From Clostridiaceae bacterium (GTDB taxonomy: Bacteria > Bacillota > Clostridia > Acetivibrionales > DUMC01), in the NCBI GenBank assembly GCA_012840075.1, contig DUMC01000151.1, forward strand, positions 1,449 through 65,448: a stretch of 64,000 bases of DNA, read 5' to 3'. Position 1 is the first letter of the stretch; every line of letters begins with the position of its first letter. The notes beneath the pieces were generated by a model. It searched no databases. It was not told where the DNA came from and saw only the letters and a program-made list of their open reading frames with translations. Below, one piece after another: positions 1 to 11,374 of this stretch. The translations under genes and the position numbers were made by a program.

Positions 1-2205
1 GTTAAACGTGTGTTAGAATTGAGTTTTAATGAAGCAAGAAGAATGAATCAAAGTTATATAGGAACGGAACACCTGCTGCTGGGTATAATGAAGGAAGGCG
101 AAAGCGTTGCTGTAAGAATACTTATGAATCTTGGTGCAGATCCTCAAAAGTTGATTTCTGATATTGCAAGAATGTTGAATGAAGAAGCTCCCGGGGGACC
201 AGGTGTTCAGAAAACCGGCTCGACTTATTACAATACACCGACTCTTAACCAATTTGGAAGAGACTTGACAGAAATGGCAAGAGAAGGGAAACTTGATCCG
301 ATCGTAGGAAGAGAAAAGGAAATTGAAAGAGTTGTACAGATACTTTGTAGAAGGACAAAGAACAATCCTTGTCTCATAGGTGAACCCGGTGTCGGAAAAA
401 CGGCTATTGCTGAAGGTTTAGCTCAGAAAATTGTAGAGGGTAACATTCCTGAAATATTAAAAGATAAGAGGGTTGTGACACTAGATCTTTCGGCAATGGT
501 TGCAGGTGCGAAATACAGGGGAGAGTTTGAAGAACGCTTAAAAAAGGCGATGGATGAAATAAGAAAAGCAGGAAACATCATATTGTTTATAGATGAAATG
601 CACACCATAATCGGTGCAGGAGCTGCAGAAGGAGCAATAGATGCATCAAATATATTAAAACCCGCTCTTGCAAGAGGGGAAATCCAGGTAATAGGTGCTA
701 CAACCCTTGATGAATACAGAAAACACGTAGAAAAGGATGCAGCTTTAGAAAGACGTTTCCAGCCTATAACAGTAGGCGAACCCTCAAGAGAAGAGACAAT
801 TGAAATATTAAGAGGACTCAGGGATAAATATGAAGCACATCACAGGGTTAAGATAACAGACGAGGCTATTGAAGCTGCTGTCAGGTTGTCGGACAGATAT
901 ATAACAGACAGATACTTGCCCGATAAAGCAATAGATTTAATAGATGAAGCTGCTTCAAGAGTAAGGTTAAGAGCTTTTACGGAACCAAAGGAATTAAAAG
1001 AGATGCAGGAACAACTTGAAAAATTGGTGAAGGAAAAAGAAGACGCCATAAGGAATCAGGAGTTTGAAAAAGCTGCAAAAATAAGAGATAGGGAACAGGC
1101 GCTTAGGCAAAATCTTGACAGGGCTAAAAACGATTGGCAGCAAAAGAAGCAAACCAGTACTGATAGAGTTACTGAAGACGAGATCGCCGAAATAGTATCT
1201 CTTTGGACGGGAATCCCTGTAAGAAGATTGGCTGAAGAGGAAACTGAGAGATTGATGAAGATGGAGGAAATCCTCCATAAGAGGGTAATAGGTCAGGATG
1301 AAGCTGTTAAAGCAGTTTCCAGAGCCATCAGGAGAGGTAGGGTAGGTATTAAAGATCCCAAACGGCCTATTGGTTCCTTTATTTTCCTTGGACCGACCGG
1401 TGTGGGAAAAACAGAATTAAGCAAGGCACTTGCAGAAGCTTTATTTGGCGATGAAAATGCAATTATAAGAATAGATATGTCTGAATACATGGAGCGCTTT
1501 GCTGTATCAAGACTTATTGGTTCGCCTCCGGGATATGTAGGATATGAAGAAGGAGGCCAATTAACCGAAAAAGTAAGGAGAAAACCCTACTCCGTAGTGC
1601 TTTTCGATGAGATAGAGAAAGCACACCCGGATGTCTTCAATATTCTGCTTCAGATACTTGAGGACGGAAGACTTACTGACTCCCAGGGGCGTGTGGTAGA
1701 TTTCAAAAATACGGTAATAATCATGACATCCAATATAGGAGCAAGGCTAATTACCGAGCCAAAACGCTTGGGATTTACTGCAACAAGCAGCATTGCCGAT
1801 AACTATGAAGAAATGAAGAATAATGTAATGGGTGAACTGAAAAAGACATTCAGACCTGAATTTTTAAACAGAGTAGATGAAATAATCGTATTCCATCCGC
1901 TCACTGAAGAAAATCTGAAAGATATAGTAAGCCTCATGATTAACAACCTAGCTACGAGACTAAAACAAAACGATATAACCATAGAAGTTACAGATGCTGC
2001 AAAAGCATTTTTAGCAAAGAAAGGTTATGATCCTGTATTTGGAGCAAGACCGCTAAGAAGATCCATCCAGAACTTGATTGAGGACAGGCTAGCCGAAGAA
2101 ATGCTGGAAGGCAGAGTAAAGAAAGGCGACACGGTAATAATAGACAAGGATCCGGAAGAAGATAAAGTTGTTTTTAGACAGAGGGACGGTTCTCTTGTCT
2201 CTTAG
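1..2205 (+). CDS. clpC: ATP-dependent Clp protease ATP-binding subunit ClpC (5' end lies upstream of the window)
   Basis: Two AAA modules ([16 protein letters not shown]; FIDE and LFDE Walker B), UVR coiled coil, partial Clp-N repeat at the start. The reading frame is open from base 1. Confidence 0.96.
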   Translation, partial: VKRVLELSFNEARRMNQSYIGTEHLLLGIMKEGESVAVRILMNLGADPQKLISDIARMLNEEAPGGPGVQKTGSTYYNTPTLNQFGRDLTEMAREGKLDPIVGREKEIERVVQILCRRTKNNPCLIGEPGVGKTAIAEGLAQKIVEGNIPEILKDKRVVTLDLSAMVAGAKYRGEFEERLKKAMDEIRKAGNIILFIDEMHTIIGAGAAEGAIDASNILKPALARGEIQVIGATTLDEYRKHVEKDAALERRFQPITVGEPSREETIEILRGLRDKYEAHHRVKITDEAIEAAVRLSDRYITDRYLPDKAIDLIDEAASRVRLRAFTEPKELKEMQEQLEKLVKEKEDAIRNQEFEKAAKIRDREQALRQNLDRAKNDWQQKKQTSTDRVTEDEIAEIVSLWTGIPVRRLAEEETERLMKMEEILHKRVIGQDEAVKAVSRAIRRGRVGIKDPKRPIGSFIFLGPTGVGKTELSKALAEALFGDENAIIRIDMSEYMERFAVSRLIGSPPGYVGYEEGGQLTEKVRRKPYSVVLFDEIEKAHPDVFNILLQILEDGRLTDSQGRVVDFKNTVIIMTSNIGARLITEPKRLGFTATSSIADNYEEMKNNVMGELKKTFRPEFLNRVDEIIVFHPLTEENLKDIVSLMINNLATRLKQNDITIEVTDAAKAFLAKKGYDPVFGARPLRRSIQNLIEDRLAEEMLEGRVKKGDTVIIDKDPEEDKVVFRQRDGSLVS

Positions 2206-2347
2206 ACAGGGGGACGGTTCTTCTGTCTCAGACATCAAGACAAAGGCAAGAAAAGGGAGCAATATAGACAGAGTATAGACAGAGGGACGGTTCTTCTATA
2301 GACAGAGGGACGGTTCTTCTGTCTGGATAAATAGAGTGACAGTTCTT
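2176..2347 (+). repeat. Cluster of 25-nt REP-like palindromes, family A (AGACAGRGGGACGGTTCYYYTGTCT)
   Basis: Copies at 2176-2200, 2204-2228, 2277-2297 (partial) and 2300-2324, plus a decayed copy near 2331-2347. The AGACA...TGTCT arms pair. Confidence 0.8.
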
Positions 2348-2351
2348 AAAA

Positions 2352-2467
2352 GGGTCAATTGGAAGTTTTGCACACGAAAAAGGCTCAACTAGTAGATATA
2401 CAATGCATGTTGAGCCTTTTTCCTACGAAAACACTATATTTAACGTGCGCAAAATTTTTGATTGCTC
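2352..2467. mobile_element. MITE-like element or long nested hairpin
   Basis: Imperfect terminal inverted repeats GGGTCAATTGGAAGTTTTGCACACG / CGTGCGCAAAATTTTTGATTGCTC enclose the hairpin AAAAAGGCTCAAC...GTTGAGCCTTTTT. No target-site duplication seen. Confidence 0.4.
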
Positions 2468-3520
2468 GAGAAGAATGCTCAAGAAGAACAGAACAAAGTA
2501 GCGAAACACAAGACACCTCAAGAACAAGAACACGAGGCACATCAAAAATTAACTTATGGTATTGCAGTTTTTTTCTTTTATTTTAAATTTTCAAGTTGTT
2601 GTTTTTTTCATATTATTTCTTGTAAAATTTTATATCTTTCATATTCCTTGCTCTTGTATGCATTTCTCTTATATATATTTTATAAACGCTCTTACTCTAC
2701 GAAAATACGATTATCTTGTTGAGTCTGGTATTCCTTCGAGTACACTAGACTTCTGAAACCTCCTTTAAGTTCAAAGTACAAATTTATTTCTTGCTCATAA
2801 TTGTTCATAGCACTATTTTCCGATTCTTAAGGATTTATATGTTGAAACCTTATATCAGAAGGTAAGAGGTAACCTGGCTAATTTAATTTTAATATATATT
2901 GTTTTTATGTTATATGTTGTAATCATAATCACGATCATAATCAAAATATGAAAAGTATGTCTTCCTTTTTTCTTTTTGAGCTTCTTTTTAAACCTTCGTT
3001 TGAACTCTGCAATTTAATATTTAAAAATTGGTATTTATAACATATGGTATTTGATATTCAATGTTCAATGTTATAAGATCTTGCAAGTTTTCTTGCAAAT
3101 ATTTTATATAATATGTTACATTTCTGCGAATGTTGGGTATACATAAAATGAAGCGATTAATATTAATTATGTAGCACGGATATATTAATGATGTTTATTT
3201 GACATTCAAAATTATTTATCTTTCTTTTATACAAGAAGAGATTCTTGCTTATGACATTCTTTTATATAAAAGAGACAATATATTCTGCGTAATTTGGTAA
3301 AATATTTTATTAAGTTAATTAACATGGAAGGGACATTGACAAAAACTTCACAGTAATTTTCTCATAGTTCTAAGCAATAATAATTTTAGTTGCAAAATAA
3401 TAATTTTATAATTATAATGTTTTGTTTTGAATCCATAAAAAATCTGAATTCATAACATCGATGCAAATTTTATTTTTGATGTATACAGCACACAATATAC
3501 AATACAGAGGAGTGGATAAT

Positions 3521-4291
3521 ATGAACGATTTATTTAGCTTAAAAGGGAAAGTGGCATTGATAACAGGAACTTCGAGCGGACTGGGTGTGCAATTTGCAAG
3601 AGCTTTTGCAAGACAAGGTGCAGATTTAGTAATCCTGGCGAGAAGGTATGATAGACTTGAAGCTTTAGCTAGAGAAATAGAAGAAGAAACAGGGGTAAGA
3701 TGTTTGCCTATAAAATGTGACGTTTCTGTTGAAAGTGAAGTTAAAGCAGCAGTGGCAAAAGCGGTAGAAGTATTTGGCAAAATAGATATATTGGTGAATA
3801 ATGCCGGAATAGGAGCAGGAACACCGGCCGAACAATTATCAATGGACGAATGGAAACGTGTAGTAGATGTCAATTTAAATTCTGTATTCCTTATGTCCAG
3901 AGAAGTTGGGCAAATTATGATAAAAAATAAATACGGTAAGATAATAAATGTAGCTTCAATGTACGGAGTTGTAGCAAATAACGCTATACCTGCATCCTCT
4001 TATCATGCATCTAAGGCAGGAGTTATAAATTTAACCAGAGCTTTAGCTTGTGAATGGGCTAAGTACAATATTACAGTAAATGCTATAGGTCCTGGGTTTT
4101 TCCAGACAGAAATGACAGAAGAAGCTCTTCGAGATGAAGCATTTTTGCAGTATATAAAATATACTACTCCCATGGGAAGATGTGGAAGAAGCGGCGAACT
4201 TGATGGCTTGGCAATTTATTTAGCTTCCGATGCGAGCAGCTATACCACCGGTCAGATTATCTGTGTAGATGGTGGTACTACAGCAATGTAA
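3521..4291 (+). CDS. SDR-family oxidoreductase (gluconate 5-dehydrogenase-like)
   Basis: TGxxxGxG (TGTSSGLG), NNAG and YxxSK (YHASK) motifs. RBS GAGGAG precedes ATG 3521. Confidence 0.9.
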   Translation: MNDLFSLKGKVALITGTSSGLGVQFARAFARQGADLVILARRYDRLEALAREIEEETGVRCLPIKCDVSVESEVKAAVAKAVEVFGKIDILVNNAGIGAGTPAEQLSMDEWKRVVDVNLNSVFLMSREVGQIMIKNKYGKIINVASMYGVVANNAIPASSYHASKAGVINLTRALACEWAKYNITVNAIGPGFFQTEMTEEALRDEAFLQYIKYTTPMGRCGRSGELDGLAIYLASDASSYTTGQIICVDGGTTAM

Positions 4292-4309
4292 CATAGACAT
4301 GGTTAACAC

Positions 4310-4555
4310 AGACAGGGGGACGGTTCCTCTGTCTAACGAAAGGCAAGGGGACGGCAGACTGCGAAAGACAAGAGAACGGTTCCTCTGTCTAGCAAAGCAA
4401 GAGCGAGAAAAGGGAATTATCTACTTACTTCGCATACACTCTGCCTGACAACATTGATAAAATATGACAAAAGAATTTTCCGGTTGCACTAAAATGAGAC
4501 AAAAGAACCGTCCCCCTGTCTAAAAGAACCGTCCCCCTGTCTATCCCCCTGTCTA
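4310..4555. repeat. Family A REP-like cluster between convergent genes
   Basis: Forward copies at 4310-4334 and 4366-4390. Reverse copies at 4497-4521, 4522-4542 and a partial at 4543-4554. Confidence 0.8.
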
Positions 4556-5815
4556 TGCTTTTTCCAAATCTTTAATGCTTATTTTCCTGGTATGGATTGT
4601 ATGATGCCAGTTTTTGTTGTTCTTGCTCAGAAATCCTTGGATAGCTATAGGAACCCACGTGAGGCAATATATGGGAAATACTAAAAACCCAAATATTACA
4701 GCAGGTTTGAATTTTTTCTCCGCAAGTATGACGAGGGGACCGTATAAGCTCTGAAGGGTGATATAAACTTGCCATACTGTTACAGGAAATACGTATTGTA
4801 AACTAAAAAAGGGTGATTTGGGATATATTGCTTGAATCCAAATAAAAATTGTTGCTAATCCCAGTAATATAAATCTTAGGGGCTGAAACAGGTAAATAGC
4901 GCAATCAAAAGATATTAAACTAGATTCTTTAAATGCTTTTTTGAATAATGGTATCAGATACCTTGACGCACAGTCAGCATGGCCTTGCATCCATCGAATG
5001 CGCTGTTTCCATGATTGTCTAAGTGTTATTGGTTTTTCGTCATAAACTACTGCGTTATGAGCCCAACCGATTTTTATATCATTTAAAGCGAGCTTCATTG
5101 TAAACTCCAAATCTTCAGTAAGGCATGTTGCGCCCCAACCGATCTTTCTAAGAACTTCCAGTGAGACACAAAAACCGGTTCCGCATAAGTTACATGAAAG
5201 ACCTAAATTGTATCTTGGAAGTTGATAAATTCTATTGGATAACCAGAAAGCTATTGAATAAGAACAAGTTATCCATGAATCGAAAGGATTTTTGCTGTCT
5301 ATGTAACCTTGAACAACTTTATAGCCTTTTAGCAGCTGTTTATTCATTTCACAAAGAAAGTTTGAAGACACCAGATTGTCGGCATCAAATACAGCTATTG
5401 CATCATAGTTTTCCTGCATATTATAGATTTTATTAAACATCCACTCGAGAGCATATCCTTTTCCTCTTTCATTTTTGTTTTGCCTTATGAAAACTTTAGC
5501 CCCTTGTTTTTCTGCAATTTCTGCAGTTCTGTCAGTGCAATTGTCTGCTATTACAAAAACATCATAGAGTTCCCTCGGATAATTCTGCATGAATAATGAG
5601 TCTATAATATGAGCAATAACTGCTTCTTCATTGTGAGCCGGAATAACAACGGCAAATTTTGTTTTTGGAGGATAATATCCGGCATCATCTTCCTTCTTTA
5701 TTATCCATCCAAATATAGATATGCTAAAAAAGTAGCATCCAATTACAAAAATCAAAACATGTATAATTTGAGATAATGTAAAAACTACTGCATTTATAAG
5801 TTCTAAAAGGTCCAT
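4553..5815 (-). CDS. Membrane glycosyltransferase, family 2 (processive, cellulose-synthase/PgaC-like)
   Basis: PAHNE, DNCTD, DAD, TED and QRIRW motifs with N- and C-terminal TM helices. GGAGG RBS precedes ATG 5815. Confidence 0.9.
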   Translation of the reverse strand: MDLLELINAVVFTLSQIIHVLIFVIGCYFFSISIFGWIIKKEDDAGYYPPKTKFAVVIPAHNEEAVIAHIIDSLFMQNYPRELYDVFVIADNCTDRTAEIAEKQGAKVFIRQNKNERGKGYALEWMFNKIYNMQENYDAIAVFDADNLVSSNFLCEMNKQLLKGYKVVQGYIDSKNPFDSWITCSYSIAFWLSNRIYQLPRYNLGLSCNLCGTGFCVSLEVLRKIGWGATCLTEDLEFTMKLALNDIKIGWAHNAVVYDEKPITLRQSWKQRIRWMQGHADCASRYLIPLFKKAFKESSLISFDCAIYLFQPLRFILLGLATIFIWIQAIYPKSPFFSLQYVFPVTVWQVYITLQSLYGPLVILAEKKFKPAVIFGFLVFPIYCLTWVPIAIQGFLSKNNKNWHHTIHTRKISIKDLEKA

Positions 5816-6060
5816 GTTATTCCTCCACAAAAGTCATAAAAGTACAAGCTTAATATATTTTGTGCTTTATGGCAAAAAATATTAATAGTTAAACAGTGTA
5901 TTATAATGTATTTGCGTTATGAAAAATTTTCCAACGATGTTGACGTTAAGTAAGTTTTGTGAATAAAATTAAATTAATTAAATTAATTTAATTATGTGAA
6001 TGAAAGAATTGAATAAATTCAATTTTAAAAATAAATTTTGGAATGGATGAGAGTGCAAAA

Positions 6061-7446
6061 ATGAAGATTAAAACAATATACAAATGTAAAAATTGCGGAC
6101 GTCAGGAATCAAAGTGGCTCGGTAGATGCCCCAGTTGTAACGAATGGGACACTATGGAGGAAATTACTGTTGAGGTTCCTAATAAAAGAACTTCCTCGCA
6201 ATCTGTAAACAGTAAAAAAGTAGCTGCCACCAAGTTGTTGAATGTTGAGGGGAGCAATAGCGACAGGATTATTACAAATATCAGTGAGTTTAACAGGGTA
6301 ATGGGAGGGGGAATCGTTAAGGATTCAGTTACGATAATTACTTCACAGCCTGGAGGAGGCAAGTCAACCCTGGTACTGGAAATTGCAAATGATGTAGCTT
6401 CTCAAGGTTTTAAAGTATTATATGCTTCAGGGGAAGAAAGTGAGAGTCAAATAAAAAACAGGGCTGACAGGATATTGAACAGTATCAGTGAAAATTTATG
6501 GATAATATCAGATACAAATATGGACAATGTTCTGGAAAGCGTAAAAGAAATAGATCCTGATCTCATTATCATAGACAGTATACAAACCTTTACTCTTGAA
6601 GCTTTCCCAGAATCCCGTGCGGGTTCTCCTACTCAGACCATGGAATGCGCAAGCACACTTGTAAGAATAGCTAAGAACGAAGAAAGACCAAGAGCTGTAA
6701 TAATAATCGGTCAAATGACAAAAGAAGATGAATTAGCAGGATTAAGAGCACTTGAACATTTGGTAGATGCTGTACTTTATATAGAAAGTGAAAGCAGCGA
6801 CGAACTGCGATCTCTTCTTGCAACAAAGAACCGTTTTGGCAGCACTGGTGAAATGGGCTTTTTTACTATGACTGAACGGGGAATGATTTCAATTGACAAT
6901 CCATCGGAATATTTTATGACAAACAGGTCTAAGAATGAATTAGTACCGGGAAGTGCAATAACTGTATTAAGAGAAGGGACAAGACCTATAATTGCTGAAG
7001 TAGAAAGCCTGGTAACAAAAACATTTACTCCTTTTCCTTCCAGGATAAGCGAAGCTATCAAAAGAGAACAACTGAGCACACTTATATCCATCCTTGAGCA
7101 AAGAGGAAAGATTTCTTTGTATGATAAGGATGTTGTAGTGAAAAGTACGGGAGGTTTAAGATTTAAGGAACAAGCAGTGAACCTGGCAGTAATAATGAGT
7201 ATAGTATCTTCAGTATTTGACAAAGGCATTCCCAATGACACTGCATTTATCTCCGATGTTGGCTTAACAGGTGAGCTGAAAAAAGTACCTTCCCTAGAAA
7301 TGAGAATAAGAGAGCTAGACAGGAGAGGATTTAAGAAAGTATACGTAGCAAGGGATGCGGTAAGCAGCAATTTGAAAGTTGAAAATATCGAAGTAATTGC
7401 CCTTAAAACATTGCAAGAAGTAATTAAGCATGTGTTTCCCGCTTAA
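6061..7446 (+). CDS. radA: DNA repair protein RadA/Sms
   Basis: N-terminal C4 zinc finger (CKNC...CPSC), Walker A PGGGKST, IIDSIQT, KNRFG motif, Lon-like C-terminal domain. Alternative start at 6043. Confidence 0.93.
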   Translation: MKIKTIYKCKNCGRQESKWLGRCPSCNEWDTMEEITVEVPNKRTSSQSVNSKKVAATKLLNVEGSNSDRIITNISEFNRVMGGGIVKDSVTIITSQPGGGKSTLVLEIANDVASQGFKVLYASGEESESQIKNRADRILNSISENLWIISDTNMDNVLESVKEIDPDLIIIDSIQTFTLEAFPESRAGSPTQTMECASTLVRIAKNEERPRAVIIIGQMTKEDELAGLRALEHLVDAVLYIESESSDELRSLLATKNRFGSTGEMGFFTMTERGMISIDNPSEYFMTNRSKNELVPGSAITVLREGTRPIIAEVESLVTKTFTPFPSRISEAIKREQLSTLISILEQRGKISLYDKDVVVKSTGGLRFKEQAVNLAVIMSIVSSVFDKGIPNDTAFISDVGLTGELKKVPSLEMRIRELDRRGFKKVYVARDAVSSNLKVENIEVIALKTLQEVIKHVFPA

Positions 7447-7537
7447 GTGCTTAGAAAGGGGAGAATTACATAGAGGAATATGAATCAATAATTCATGCTT
7501 GAACTAAAATTCGAAATCCATTTAGAAAAACTTCCAA

Positions 7538-8258
7538 ATGGCATCAGCAGTTATTCTATATGGCATTAGCAGTTATAAAACAGTAGCACAGGAAGCACGG
7601 GAGAGTTACGTATATGTTGATAAAACAATGTATATTGAAAAATTAGAAAATCCACACTCACCGTTCCATCTTTTCTGCGCCCCAGGAGATTTGAAAAGAG
7701 CCTGTTTATATCTATGCTTCAAACTACTATGATATACGTAAAAAAGATAGTTTTGATATAGTTTTGATAAATTAAATTATTTAGAAATACTTACATAGAG
7801 CAAAATCCAACAAAAGAAAGAAATAACTACTATATCCTTAGCTTTGGTTTTACAGATATAACTACTGATACAAAAGAACAATTGGAAGAAACTTTATTAA
7901 CATAACGAAGAGAGCTGAAGAGAGCTTTTGAATTATGAAGAGTGCTTTGAATTATTTCAAAGCAAATATAATATTTATTTTGATTATCTTCAAGAAGGTC
8001 CACCGGCTAGTATTTTTAAGGATTTTATGACTAAAATCACTACAAAAATAGATAAACCTGTTTTTGTTCTTACAGATTGAATATGATCACTTTACTAATG
8101 AACTTTTAAGCTTTCAATTTGATATGTTCAAAGATTCTGTAAGCAAGACCGGATTTGTTAGAAAGTGGTATGAAGTATTAAAAAAGCATACTAAAACAAT
8201 AGTAAATCGCATATTTGCAACAGGAGTAAGTCCAATTACATTGGAAGATACATAATTA
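7538..8258 (+). pseudogene. Decayed AAA-ATPase-like gene (PF09820 type), multiply frameshifted and truncated
   Basis: Family motifs are spread over different frames: YVYVDKTMYIEKLE, FLRPRRFEKSLFISML (degraded RPRRFGKS Walker A), IEYDHFTN (Walker B remnant), WYEVLK...RIFATGVSPIT. Confidence 0.85.
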
Positions 8259-8363
8259 TAGATAATCTTTGATAATCTTTCATGTATAATGATCAGTAAT
8301 TTAAAAGAGTTAGGGTAGAATGTAGAGTATAGCAGAGGAGAGTAGAGAACAGTAGGGAATAGT

Positions 8364-8436
8364 AAAGGACAGGTTCGTAATGTTTGAAAAAGGAAGTTAC
8401 TTTTTTAATAATTTCAAACATTTAACCTGTCCCTTT
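8364..8436. repeat. Long inverted repeat, family B-related REPIN-like element
   Basis: AAAGGACAGGTT..AATGTTTGAAA ... TTTCAAACATTTAACCTGTCCCTTT. Confidence 0.6.
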
Positions 8437-9086
8437 TAGTATGCTTTAAAGTAAGTAAATAATATATAATGCTAATATATAATATTAATATAGTTAATAT
8501 ATTACAATTTAATATAGTTAATATATTACAATATTATTAAATATATAATGTTAATATATTATAATACCGTATTATATCAATATCGTAAGAAAGTTATATT
8601 ATAGTAAAATGTTATTATTGAAATTCAAAATAAATGGAAGTATAGTTTAAGTGTAAATATACTGAAATGTATATATCAACTATGGTAACAATGCCTAAGG
8701 GTAATAATGTTCAAAGGCAATATTACACAAAGCAATACAAATCAAGGGCCACGCTGTATAAAAACGATATAATCAAGGGTAGTACTTGCTAAAGATACTG
8801 ATATTAAATTATGTAATAAATTTACAATTAAGGCAAATATAACAAATTAATAAAGTTAAAAATAAAGAAAATTAACAAAACTAAAAACAAATTAACAAAA
8901 ACTAAAAATATAGCTAATTAATGTAAGTTACGAATGTAACAAATTAATTGATGAAAGTTATCGGATTAATTGTTAAAAGATGCAAGAGGACGGTATTAAC
9001 GAACTGCAATAAAAATTTGCTTATATTTCAGCAGAATGGCACTGTACACTGAAATGCCTCTGCAGAATGATTATGAAAGGAGTGCA

Positions 9087-10172
9087 TTGGAAATAAATAG
9101 ATCAGTTATGAAAGATAAGTCAAAAGCGTTAACTAGGATAAGCAAATCAAAAATATCGTTAACTAGGATAAGTAAATCAAAAACATCATTAACCAGGACA
9201 AGTAAATCAAATGAATTAAATTCGATAAGCGGCTCAAAAGCATTAACAATATTAACTCGGGGGAAAGTAGGAAAAGAGTTTTACAAGTACATAAAATATA
9301 GGTGGTTGGTTTTACTCTTCCTTCCCGGACTAATTTATTACATTATTTTTCATTATATTCCAATGTATGGAGTAATTATAGCTTTTAAAGATTATAAATT
9401 CTCTCAAGGTATATGGGGGAGTGAATGGGTAGGATTTGAACACTTTAAGGCTTTATTCAGCAGAGAGAGTTTCTGGGAGGTATTTAAAAATACTCTATGT
9501 ATTAGTTTTTATAAGTTGGTTTTTGGCTTCCCGCCACCAATTATACTAGCGTTAATGCTAAATGAAGTTAGAAGTCTTAGGTATAAAAAAATTGTACAAA
9601 CCGTTAGTTATCTTCCTCATTTTGTTTCCTGGGTTGTCCTTGCCGGATTATTTATGCAGATTCTTTCTCCTTCAACCGGAATTGTTAATCAGATAATTAA
9701 ATCAATGGGTGGAGAACCTATATATTTTCTTGCCGATCCTAAATGGTTCCGAACTACATTAGTAGTAACATCTATATGGAAAGAAGTTGGATGGGGTGCT
9801 ATTATATATGTTGCATCATTATCAAATATAAACCCTGATCTATACGAGGCAGCAAGAATAGATGGTGCAAATAGGTTTAAACAGCTGATATATATAACAT
9901 TACCATCACTTGCACCTGTAATCACTATCATGTTTATATTAGCAACAGGAAAGCTGATAAATGATGATTTTGATCAGATTTTTAATCTTTATTCTCCCGC
10001 AGTATACAAAGTAGGTGATGTTATCAGCACCTATACATACAGGGCAGGGTTGGTAAATATGGACTACAGTTATTCCACCGCAGTAGGACTATTTAAAAAT
10101 ATCATTTCCTTGATTTTAATTATCAGTACTAATTCGATTAGCCAAAAAATAAATGACTATGGGTTGTTCTAA
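9087..10172 (+). CDS. Carbohydrate ABC transporter permease (LplB/YteP-like) with a repetitive N-terminal extension
   Basis: YIPMYGVIIAFKDY, YLPHFVSW and EAA motif (LYEAARIDGA). AAGGAG RBS precedes an in-frame TTG at 9087; the ORF is open from 9036. Confidence 0.9.
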   Translation: MEINRSVMKDKSKALTRISKSKISLTRISKSKTSLTRTSKSNELNSISGSKALTILTRGKVGKEFYKYIKYRWLVLLFLPGLIYYIIFHYIPMYGVIIAFKDYKFSQGIWGSEWVGFEHFKALFSRESFWEVFKNTLCISFYKLVFGFPPPIILALMLNEVRSLRYKKIVQTVSYLPHFVSWVVLAGLFMQILSPSTGIVNQIIKSMGGEPIYFLADPKWFRTTLVVTSIWKEVGWGAIIYVASLSNINPDLYEAARIDGANRFKQLIYITLPSLAPVITIMFILATGKLINDDFDQIFNLYSPAVYKVGDVISTYTYRAGLVNMDYSYSTAVGLFKNIISLILIISTNSISQKINDYGLF

Positions 10173-10177
10173 GGCAG

Positions 10178-11248
10178 GTGAATGAAGTGAAAGAATATAT
10201 TAACAGAGATCAAGAGCCAAATAATACGGATCGAACACAAAACAACGGAAATCAGACATCAAATAACATAGATCAAATACTAAGCAACAGAAATCAAACA
10301 CCAGATAACGGTGTTCAAATGTCAAATAATACAGATCAAGCATCAAATGCTAAAAACAAGATGAGGCAACCGGTAAGTACATCAATATATGGGCAGATAT
10401 TTAATGTAATAAATTATGCATTGCTTTTTGCTTTATGCGTATCAACTTTGTATCCTTTTTTGATTATACTCTCATTATCATTCACCTCGGAAAGAATTTT
10501 AACTATTGGCTATTCTGCTAGTCTAATTCCGAAAGAGGTTTCATTGGAAGCGTACAGAAAGGTGTTAAGTTCGGATTTTATTAAATCAGGATACATTATG
10601 ACTATTTTAAGGACGATATTAGGAACATCTTCAAGCGTTCTGGTTACCTCGTTTACTGCTTATGCTCTATCTAAAAAGTATTTTCCTCATAGGACTTTCT
10701 GGACAATGGTTATTGTTTTCACTATGTTTTTCAGCGGAGGTATGATACCATCTTATCTACTTGTAAGAAAACTCGGCTTAATAAATAATATCCTTTCACT
10801 AATACTTCCTCCATTAGTTAATACATTTAATATGGTAATAATGAGAAATTATTTTATGACAGTTCCTGAAAGTTTAGAAGAATCTGCAAAGATTGACGGT
10901 GCAAATGATATCTTAATACTTTTCAGAATAATTATACCTGTATCAAAATCTATAATTGCTACAATTACACTCTGGGTTGCAGTATGGCATTGGAATGCGT
11001 GGTTTGACAGCTTAATCTATACTACAAAGCCAAGTTTACAAGTTTTACAAGTAGTTTTGAGAAGAGTTATACTTGAAGGTTCTCAAATGGTGGAATCAGT
11101 CACTGCAAGAGATGACACTTACAGGGTAAGTACAGAGAAGATAAAAGCAGCAACCATAATGGTTACCACGTTACCCATAATATTAGTATATCCTTTTATA
11201 CAAAAATACTTTATAAGAGGGATTATGATTGGTTCGCTAAAAGGATAA
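10178..11248 (+). CDS. Carbohydrate ABC transporter permease (LplC/YtcP-like) with an Asn/Gln-rich N-terminal extension
   Basis: FTMFFSGGMIPSY, LEESAKIDGA, WNAWFD and the C-terminal YPFIQKYFIRGIMIGSLKG signature. Confidence 0.9.
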   Translation: MNEVKEYINRDQEPNNTDRTQNNGNQTSNNIDQILSNRNQTPDNGVQMSNNTDQASNAKNKMRQPVSTSIYGQIFNVINYALLFALCVSTLYPFLIILSLSFTSERILTIGYSASLIPKEVSLEAYRKVLSSDFIKSGYIMTILRTILGTSSSVLVTSFTAYALSKKYFPHRTFWTMVIVFTMFFSGGMIPSYLLVRKLGLINNILSLILPPLVNTFNMVIMRNYFMTVPESLEESAKIDGANDILILFRIIIPVSKSIIATITLWVAVWHWNAWFDSLIYTTKPSLQVLQVVLRRVILEGSQMVESVTARDDTYRVSTEKIKAATIMVTTLPIILVYPFIQKYFIRGIMIGSLKG

Positions 11249-11374
11249 ATAATTGATTATAAAAGGAATTACAATTGGTTCGCAGAGGGATAAATAATTG
11301 GTTCGCTGGTGGAATAATAAAGGAATACATAAAATAAAACTCTACCAAAATATACAAGTTTTATTGATACCTAC

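Noticed and set aside
2176-2347. Possible CRISPR array from the 25-nt palindromic repeats
   Set aside because: Spacing is irregular (about 2-50 nt), copies are partial and occur in both orientations at another locus. This fits REP-like elements better.
2359-2880. Short ORFs 2359-2586, 2462-2722, 2556-2756 and a possible transposase remnant
   Set aside because: They are built from repeats and AT-rich sequence, and I could not recognise a DDE or HUH motif in the frames I read.
6777-7370. Long antisense ORFs such as 6777-7370, 3412-3873, 36113-36577 and 61408-61860
   Set aside because: They lie entirely or mostly opposite well-supported genes and show no independent coding signal.
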